Origin: an uncultured Myxococcales bacterium
GTDB lineage: Bacteria > Myxococcota > UBA4151
Direction of reading: 5' to 3'
Length of the DNA stretch: 11,435 nt
NCBI GenBank assembly: GCA_964013405.1
Contig: CAXGWI010000114.1
Span: 1 to 11,435 of the forward strand
The notes beneath the pieces were generated by a model. The model was not told the origin of the DNA and searched no databases. It saw nothing but the letters and a program-made list of their open reading frames with translations. The position numbers were made by a program, and so were the translations under genes. Shown here piece after piece: positions 1 to 5,512 of the stretch; positions within the stretch are counted from its first letter, which is position 1; every line of letters starts with the position of its first letter.

Positions 1-43
1 CTTAGAGTTTTTGAACTTTAATGAACTTCAGCGAACCATCTAA

Positions 44-407
44 TGGTGGAGGCGGCGGGAATCGAACCCGCGTCCGAAAGGCTTCCAAGAGAGGCGCTAC
101 AGGTTTAGTCGTTGGTTTATACTACCCGTTCGAGCGCCCAACGACAGGCTCACGCTCGGGAGCGTTCTCGATGATCCGAGCTCACCGCGCCAAGAACGAA
201 CTTGGTGAACACGCCCCCCTAAATAACGACAGGGCCCAGCGTCGAGGGGAACACTGGCTGTCGGACACTAAACGGGTTTTTAAGCCGCTAGCGCCATGTC
301 CAGATCATCATTGGCGATTAATCTGATTGCACCTTACTCACCCGGCCGGGTGCCCCGGGACCTGCTCCTCTGCTCTTCCATCCCCCCGTCGAAACCAGGT
401 CGCCCCC
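44..407 (-). ncRNA. ssrA: tmRNA (transfer-messenger RNA), 364 nt, one-piece
   Basis: Minus strand starts GGGGGCGACCTGGTTTCGACGGGG and ends GGACGCGGGTTCGATTCCCGCCGCCTCCACCA. The acceptor stem GGGGGCG/CGCCTCC has the alanine G3.U pair, followed by a T-arm and encoded CCA. An internal tag ORF is present. Confidence 0.98.
280..315 (-). CDS. tmRNA proteolysis tag peptide (A)ANDDLDMALAA*
   Basis: GCC AAT GAT GAT CTG GAC ATG GCG CTA GCG GCT TAA, preceded by the AT-rich ATTAATC. It has the typical AND start and ALAA C-terminus of SsrA tags. Confidence 0.93.
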   Translation of the reverse strand, partial: ANDDLDMALAA

Positions 408-426
408 ATTAGCGAACCACAGCCAC

Positions 427-455
427 AATCTAAGCCATTCCAAAGAAAGCGCCAG
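427..455 (-). promoter_or_regulatory. possible sigma70-type promoter for ssrA
   Basis: CTGGCG (455-450), 17 nt spacer, TAGATT (432-427), about 20 nt upstream of the mature 5' end. The -35 match is weak. Confidence 0.3.
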
Positions 456-459
456 CCCT

Positions 460-1863
460 TTAGCGCTCTTGGGGATCTTCCAGCAGCGCCAAGGCCCGCT
501 CCAAGACCGCCCGCTTCGCCGCCACATCGCCCCCATGGCTCGGGTCCACATAAACCCGAAAACCATCCAGCGCCGCATCCAACAACTCGGCCTCGGAGCC
601 GTGCCCTAAAGCCTCATAGGTCTGAATCGGGTGCTTCATGTTTTTGACCTCAATCTCCCCCAGTTCACGGCAGCGGATGGCCTCGCGCACCAACAAGTAG
701 GTGTCATGGGAGATCAAAATCTGATTCGCCTCAGCGCTCGTCTCCAAGCGACTCGCCAAGTTCACATTGTTGCCCACGGTCGTGTAATCCAAACGATCCC
801 GACTGCCGAAGTTGCCCACGGTACATACCCCCGTGTGCACCCCCATGCGCACATCCAAAGGCAACGAAAGCCCCCGCTTCTGCCAGCGGGCCCGAATGTC
901 CCCAAGAGCCGCCCGCATCTCCAAAGCCATGCACACGCAAGCCACCGCATCCTCCTGATGACCCCGACTCACTGGGTCGCCAAAGAACACCATGATCGCA
1001 TCGCCGATGTACTTATCCACCGTCCCACCGTGCTTCACCGCAATCTCCGTCATCACCGACAAGTAATCCGTCAGCAACTCCGTCAACACCTCCGGCTCCA
1101 AACGCTCCGTCAACTCCGTGAAACTCTTGATGTCCGAAAAGAAGACCGTGAGCCGCTTGCGCTCCGTTTGGACTTTGACCTCTAAGTCGCCTGCAAAAAT
1201 CGAGTCGTAAACCTGCCTCGAAAAGTACTTCGCCAGCTTGGTCATGACCTCTTCTTTGGCTTTGCGAGCGCTGATGTCGGTGCCGTAAATATTGAAACAG
1301 TCGAACTCCGGCACCTCCACCACATGAAAGGAGAAGATGCCGTCACCCACCGCCAATTCGAGAGCCTCGGTCCCCTCAGCACGCCCGGCCTCAACTAAAG
1401 CCTCCGGCAACGGATCACCCATCTTCAAATCCCAAGTCGCCGCAATCGAAGCGCCCGCCTCATTGGCATAGGACAAGGCACCCTTTAAATCGGCCTTTAA
1501 CACCGGGTTGGGGTTCTGATCCGGGAACTTACGAATGGCTCTCAAAGCCGTCACATCGGTGCCATACACATTGGCGAAGCCGGACTCGGGCACCGGCACC
1601 ATATGAAAGGTGTAGCAGCCACTCCCCACATCCACTTCCACCACTTGCCGCCAGTCCGCCTCGGCCTCGGCACGCAAATCAGGATGCAAATCGCTGCCGT
1701 GATCCCGTTGCCAATGGGTCTGCAACTCCACGGCCGCCGGGTTGGCGTAAAGCACCTCGCCGGCCGTGGAGACCTTCAAGACTGGATTGGGGTTTTGATC
1801 AGGAAAGCTCTCCAGCTGCGCCAGGCGCCGCTGCAAGATATCGAGTGGTTCTGTTTCAGACAT
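460..1863 (-). CDS. Soluble class III adenylate/guanylate cyclase with two tandem N-terminal PAS domains (about 467 aa)
   Basis: Cyclase motifs TVFFSDIKSFT, DKYIGDAIMVFFG, RMGVHTG and DYTTVGNNVNLASRLE. The two metal-binding Asp, the Lys/Thr substrate pair (ATP-type, class IIIb-like) and the Asn/Arg catalytic pair are all present. There are two copies of FPDQNPNPVLK...YAN...YGTD (PAS-like). ATG at 1863 is preferred over the TTG at 1872. No transmembrane segment seen. Confidence 0.93.
   Translation of the reverse strand: MSETEPLDILQRRLAQLESFPDQNPNPVLKVSTAGEVLYANPAAVELQTHWQRDHGSDLHPDLRAEAEADWRQVVEVDVGSGCYTFHMVPVPESGFANVYGTDVTALRAIRKFPDQNPNPVLKADLKGALSYANEAGASIAATWDLKMGDPLPEALVEAGRAEGTEALELAVGDGIFSFHVVEVPEFDCFNIYGTDISARKAKEEVMTKLAKYFSRQVYDSIFAGDLEVKVQTERKRLTVFFSDIKSFTELTERLEPEVLTELLTDYLSVMTEIAVKHGGTVDKYIGDAIMVFFGDPVSRGHQEDAVACVCMALEMRAALGDIRARWQKRGLSLPLDVRMGVHTGVCTVGNFGSRDRLDYTTVGNNVNLASRLETSAEANQILISHDTYLLVREAIRCRELGEIEVKNMKHPIQTYEALGHGSEAELLDAALDGFRVYVDPSHGGDVAAKRAVLERALALLEDPQER
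1270..1806 (-). repeat. Internal tandem duplication encoding two PAS domains (93-aa / 279-nt period)
   Basis: FPDQNPNPVLK starts at 1806 and again at 1527. Downstream motifs YAN, W, VG-G, FH-V-VPE and N-YGTD are shared. Confidence 0.85.
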
Positions 1864-2029
1864 GCGCCCCAAACCCGTTCTTCGCTACGCAGATGGCAAA
1901 GCCCCCAAGCACCTCTCGAAGGACGCCCGACCTGCTTGGGCATAGGTAAATCTATCCATCACAGCCTGGCAACCAAGCCGGCCAAGTAGCAGCCTGCACG
2001 CTAGAAAGTGAGGGTCATCGCCCAAGGGC

Positions 2030-2458
2030 TTAACGGCGCCGAGGCACCTCGCGGCCCTCAAAGATCCGGCGATACTTCACGCCGATCTCAAAAACTGCCG
2101 ACTGTCGCTTCTCCGGCGTGGGCATACGCAAGGCACGCAGGCGCTTGACCAAACACTCGCCCAACGCATCGCCCAATTCCGTGTTCACCACACTCAGCGC
2201 ATCCACACGCCCACTGCCCAACACGTCGAAACGAAGCAGAAGACTCCCGGAACGAGCCGCCTTGCCCTTCACGTGGCGCTGGTAACAATTGATGAAGGTC
2301 TGGGTTCGACTGCGCACCCGCCGGCGTACCTTGGCCTCATCGATGCCCCCCTCCAACACTTGGGGGCTCTCGACCCGCACCTTGAGTTTGGCGGAACGAG
2401 GTGCTGCCTGTGCCGAGAAGGCCAAAGATAGCATGCTGAAAACGATGAGTAGCCGCAC
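2030..2458 (-). CDS. Secreted AgmX/PglI C-terminal (TonB-C-like) domain protein (about 142 aa)
   Basis: Signal peptide (M)RLLIVFSMLSLAFSAQA. The domain pattern V...V......INCYQ.......SG.LLLRF.V..SGRV...V....LG.....CLV..L..LRMP.P has the two conserved Cys. Start reassigned to GTG 2458 (GGAAG upstream) because the 2566 start lies inside the tRNA terminator. Confidence 0.8.
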   Translation of the reverse strand: MRLLIVFSMLSLAFSAQAAPRSAKLKVRVESPQVLEGGIDEAKVRRRVRSRTQTFINCYQRHVKGKAARSGSLLLRFDVLGSGRVDALSVVNTELGDALGECLVKRLRALRMPTPEKRQSAVFEIGVKYRRIFEGREVPRRR

Positions 2459-2483
2459 TTCAACTTCCACTTTAAGCTGCTGA

Positions 2484-2511
2484 AGTGTGGCAGAATCTAC
2501 CGGCTCGTCAA
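2484..2511 (-). promoter_or_regulatory. possible sigma70-type promoter for the AgmX/PglI-domain gene
   Basis: TTGACG (2511-2506), 16 nt spacer, CACACT (2489-2484). It lies between the tRNA terminator and the GTG start. Confidence 0.3.
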
Positions 2512-2532
2512 ATCTCGCCAAAATGCACAGAC

Positions 2533-2570
2533 AAAAAAGCAAGCGAGCAGCCCACAGGCTGCCCACTTAC
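2533..2570 (-). terminator. Rho-independent terminator of the tRNA operon
   Basis: GTAAGTGGGCAGCC-TGTG-GGCTGCTCGCTTGC forms a 14-bp stem (three G.U pairs) followed by TTTTTT, immediately after the tRNA-Glu CCA. Confidence 0.9.
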
Positions 2571-2571
2571 T

Positions 2572-2647
2572 TGGTGACCCCACGGGGAATCGAACCCCGG
2601 TTTACGGCGTGAGAGGCCGTCGTCCTGGACCGCTAGACGATGGGGCC
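2572..2647 (-). tRNA. tRNA-Glu (anticodon CUC)
   Basis: GGCCCCATCGTCTAGCGGTCCAGGACGACGGCCTCTCACGCCGTAAACCGGGGTTCGATTCCCCGTGGGGTCACCA folds as a full cloverleaf. Anticodon arm ACGGC-CT CTC AC-GCCGT; CCA encoded. Confidence 0.98.
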
Positions 2648-2680
2648 AGGTCACTGTCTGTGGCGGGCATCGTCTCCGCC

Positions 2681-2754
2681 TGGTTGGGGTACAGGGATTC
2701 GAACCCCGATCGACGGTACCAGAAACCGCTGTCCTGCCATTAGACGATACCCCA
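2681..2754 (-). tRNA. tRNA-Gln (anticodon CUG)
   Basis: TGGGGTATCGTCTAATGGCAGGACAGCGGTTTCTGGTACCGTCGATCGGGGTTCGAATCCCTGTACCCCAACCA. U1-A72 pair, anticodon arm GCGGT-TT CTG GT-ACCGT, CCA encoded. Confidence 0.98.
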
Positions 2755-2766
2755 ACAGCGGGCGGC

Positions 2767-2795
2767 TCTTTTCCGGCTTTACGCGCCGCTGTCAA
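2767..2795 (-). promoter_or_regulatory. possible promoter of the tRNA operon
   Basis: Perfect TTGACA at 2795-2790, but only a poor -10 (AAAAGA) at 17 nt spacing. A GC-rich discriminator-like run GCCGCCCGC follows. Confidence 0.35.
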
Positions 2796-2802
2796 CGGCT
2801 AA

Positions 2803-5385
2803 TCAGAGGTCCTGCTCGGCGATGGCCGGCGGTCCGGCACGACCCACTTGCAAGGCCCCCTTCGCCCAATCCAAACGGAGCTTGCTGCCCTTCTCCGCAG
2901 GCTCGGCAATCAAAGCCTCGGCCAAGGGATCCTCCACCACACGCTGAACACTGCGCTTGATGGGCCGAGCACCAAAAGCCGGATCAAAGCCCCGACTCGC
3001 CACCGCCTCCACCAGGGCATCGCTCACCGAGACCTCCAAACCCTGCTGGGCAAGACGCTGCTCCAAACGCTCCAATTGCAAGCGAGCAATGGGCAACAGC
3101 TCCGTCTCGGTTAAGCCGTGGAAGGCGATCACCTCGTCGATGCGGTTCAAAAACTCCGGGCGGAAGTAATCCTTCATCACTTGGAACAACTGCTCCGTGT
3201 CCCCGTGCTCAAAGACCGACTCCGCGCTGCCCACATTGCTGGTCATGATGATGATCGTGTTGCGGAAATCCACCGTCTGCCCCTGCCCGTCGGTGAGCCG
3301 CCCGTCATCGAGCAACTGCAACAAGACATTCATCACCTCCGGATGGGCTTTCTCGATCTCATCGAGCAAGACCACCTGGTAAGGGCGACGACGGACCGCT
3401 TCCGTCAACTGCCCCCCCTCCTCATGGCCCACATAGCCCGGCGGTGAGCCGATCAACCGTGCCACTGAATGGCTCTCCATGTATTCGCTCATGTCCAAGC
3501 GCAGCAAAGCCCGCTCATCATCGAACAAGAAGTCGGCCAAACTCCGGGCGAGTTCCGTCTTCCCCACTCCCGTGGGCCCCGCAAAGAAGAAGGAGCCAAT
3601 AGGCCGATCAGGATCAGAGATCCCCGCCCGACTCCGCCGCAAGGCCCGGGCCACGGCCGAGATCGCCTCCACCTGACCGATCACCCGCTCGCCCAACACG
3701 GCTTCCGCCTTCAACAAGCGCTCGGCCTCGCCGGTCATCATCCGGTCCACCGGAATGCCCGTCCACTCGGCCACCACCTGGGCGATCTCTGCCTCACCCA
3801 CCACCTCACGGGAAAACCCGCCCTCCTCCCGGCGCAAACGCAACTGGGATTCGAGGGCTTCTAACTCGGCCTCCAACTGGGGAATCGAGCCATGCTGCAA
3901 AGCCGCCGCCTGGGCGTAGTCCTGGTCAGCCAATGCCTCCTCAACCGCCCCGCGGTCCGCTTCGAGACGAGCCTGCAAGCCACGGCGCTTCGCCAGCAGA
4001 TTGCGCTCGGAAGCCCAACGGGCCTCCAACAAATCCAGCTCGCCCTTCGCCTCCTTTAACTCGGCTTCAACGGACTCAAGGCGGTCCCGCTCCCCCGCCT
4101 CCCGCTTCAAAGCCTCCCGAGCCACCTCCAACTGGGTGATCTGGCGCTGCAAGGCATCGATGGGCGCCGGCGTCGAATCCAACTCCATGCGCAAGCGACT
4201 CGCCGCTTCATCCACCAAATCGATGGCCTTGTCCGGCAGCTGGCGGTCGGGAAGATAGCGGGTCGACAGCTGCACGGCCGCTTCCAAGGCCGCGTCCTTG
4301 ATCTTAATGCCGTGATGCAGCTCATAGCGCTCACGCAAGCCACGGAGGATCGCCATGGCTTCCGGCTTCGCCGGCGGGCCCACGTAGACCGGCTGAAAAC
4401 GCCGGGCCAAGGCCTGGTCCCGCTCGATGGACTTCTTGTACTCCTCCTGGGTGGTCGCGCCCATGCAGCGCAGCGTCCCCCGAGCCAATGAGGGCTTTAA
4501 CAGGTTCGCCGCATCGACGGCTCCCTCGGCAGCCCCAGCCCCCACGATGGTGTGCAATTCGTCGATGAACAGAATCACGCTGCCTTCGCTGGCTTCCACC
4601 TCCTTTAAGACCGCCTTCAAACGCTCCTCAAACTCGCCCCGGTACTTGGCACCGGCGAGGAGTCCGCCCATGTCCAAGGCGATCAACCGCTTGTCGGCCA
4701 AACTCTCCGGGCAGTCCCCCGCCGCAATACGCCGGGCGATCCCCTCAGCCAGGGCTGTCTTGCCCACCCCCGGCGGGCCCACCAAGACCGGGTTGTTCTT
4801 CGTGCGGCGAGAGATGATGCGCATGGCCCGGCGAATCTCCCCATCCCGACCGATCACCGGGTCCAATCGCCCGGCCCGCGCCTCGGCTGTTAAGTCCAAG
4901 CCAAAGCGCGCCAAGGCCTCAAAGCTGCCCTCGGGATCCTCGCTGGTCACCGCCTGGGCCCCCGCTTGGTCCATGGCCCCCTTCAAGGCATCGAGATCAA
5001 GCTCGCAGTCCTCCAACAAATCCTTGGCCTGTCCCCCCGCCACGGCGAGGGCCAAGAGCAAGTGCTCTGTGCTCACATAATCGGAGCCACTGGCGCTACG
5101 CTGAGCCTCCGCCTCAGCCAAACTGGCGGCAAAGCTCCGATCGGGCCGAGGGGATCCTCCGCCCTCGACCCGGGGACGCTGCCCCAGGTTCCTCGCCACC
5201 GCCGACGCCAAGCGCTGGCGGGCGCCGCTGCGATCGAGGACCGCGGCCGTTAAACCCTCCTGCTCCTCCAACAACGCCGACAAAAGGTGGACTGCCGTCA
5301 CTTCCGCATGACCGTCACGGGCACAGCGCAAGGCAGCGCCCTCCACGACGGAAGCTGCTCGACGGGTGAATCGTTGTTCAAACAT
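2803..5385 (-). CDS. clpB: ATP-dependent disaggregase ClpB (about 860 aa)
   Basis: Clp N-terminal repeats, then [26 protein letters not shown] (Walker A1), [14 protein letters not shown] (Walker B1), [15 protein letters not shown], a long coiled-coil M domain, GPTGVGKTE (Walker A2), [18 protein letters not shown] and [10 protein letters not shown]. No IGF/LGF ClpP-docking loop. ATG 5385 has a GGAG Shine-Dalgarno. Confidence 0.96.
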   Translation of the reverse strand: MFEQRFTRRAASVVEGAALRCARDGHAEVTAVHLLSALLEEQEGLTAAVLDRSGARQRLASAVARNLGQRPRVEGGGSPRPDRSFAASLAEAEAQRSASGSDYVSTEHLLLALAVAGGQAKDLLEDCELDLDALKGAMDQAGAQAVTSEDPEGSFEALARFGLDLTAEARAGRLDPVIGRDGEIRRAMRIISRRTKNNPVLVGPPGVGKTALAEGIARRIAAGDCPESLADKRLIALDMGGLLAGAKYRGEFEERLKAVLKEVEASEGSVILFIDELHTIVGAGAAEGAVDAANLLKPSLARGTLRCMGATTQEEYKKSIERDQALARRFQPVYVGPPAKPEAMAILRGLRERYELHHGIKIKDAALEAAVQLSTRYLPDRQLPDKAIDLVDEAASRLRMELDSTPAPIDALQRQITQLEVAREALKREAGERDRLESVEAELKEAKGELDLLEARWASERNLLAKRRGLQARLEADRGAVEEALADQDYAQAAALQHGSIPQLEAELEALESQLRLRREEGGFSREVVGEAEIAQVVAEWTGIPVDRMMTGEAERLLKAEAVLGERVIGQVEAISAVARALRRSRAGISDPDRPIGSFFFAGPTGVGKTELARSLADFLFDDERALLRLDMSEYMESHSVARLIGSPPGYVGHEEGGQLTEAVRRRPYQVVLLDEIEKAHPEVMNVLLQLLDDGRLTDGQGQTVDFRNTIIIMTSNVGSAESVFEHGDTEQLFQVMKDYFRPEFLNRIDEVIAFHGLTETELLPIARLQLERLEQRLAQQGLEVSVSDALVEAVASRGFDPAFGARPIKRSVQRVVEDPLAEALIAEPAEKGSKLRLDWAKGALQVGRAGPPAIAEQDL

Positions 5386-5428
5386 GTGTCTCTCCAGCCC
5401 CCCCACAGTAAGCAGAACTCCAAGCTCC

Positions 5429-5443
5429 GCAAGGGCCATGCCA
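5429..5443 (-). promoter_or_regulatory. sigma54 (-24/-12) promoter-like motif upstream of clpB
   Basis: TGGCATGGCCCTTGC matches TGGCAYG-N4-TTGC, with exact GG-N10-GC spacing, 43 nt upstream of the clpB ATG. Confidence 0.6.
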
Positions 5444-5476
5444 AGGTGCCATTCATCACAGCCCGCCCAGGAGGGC

Positions 5477-5506
5477 TTGGCGAGCGACCCTCCGCCTCGC
5501 TACAAT
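5477..5506 (+). promoter_or_regulatory. sigma70-type promoter, probably giving a leaderless protease mRNA
   Basis: TTGGCG (5477-5482), 18 nt spacer, TACAAT (5501-5506). The expected +1 coincides with the GTG start at 5513. Confidence 0.55.
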
Positions 5507-5512
5507 GGGTTC

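Noticed and set aside
13..36. GAAC repeats as a LexA box
   Set aside because: The spacing is GAAC-N6-GAAC, not the N7 direct repeat of alphaproteobacterial LexA or the GAAC-N4-GTTC Gram-positive box.
44..75. tRNA-like 3' end that could be called a tRNA or tRNA fragment
   Set aside because: It pairs with the 5' end at 407 and encloses a tag ORF, so it is the tRNA-like domain of tmRNA.
21..326. 101-aa plus-strand ORF (MNFSEPSNGGGGGNRTRVRK...)
   Set aside because: It is the antisense reading of tmRNA; GGGGNRTRV is the typical translation of a reverse-complemented T-arm.
1864..2029. Known riboswitch (c-di-GMP, cobalamin, TPP) or SRP RNA upstream of the cyclase
   Set aside because: I could not find the conserved cores of these families by eye; only generic hairpins are present.
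2459..2566. N-terminal extension of the AgmX/PglI ORF to 2566
   Set aside because: It runs through the tRNA terminator and the putative promoter; the signal peptide begins at GTG 2458.
2508..2960. ORFs 2508-2795 (-) and 2640-2960 (+)
   Set aside because: They overlap the two tRNA genes and the clpB end and have no protein-like motifs.
2803..5439. ClpV/TssH (T6SS), ClpA/ClpC or ClpG identity, and the longer 5439 start
   Set aside because: The long M domain, absence of a ClpP-binding loop and lack of T6SS neighbours indicate ClpB. The 5439 ATG lies inside the sigma54-like motif, whereas 5385 has a Shine-Dalgarno.
5366..5512. 49-codon N-terminal extension of the protease ORF
   Set aside because: It overlaps the clpB start and both promoters; the lipoprotein signal starts at 5513.
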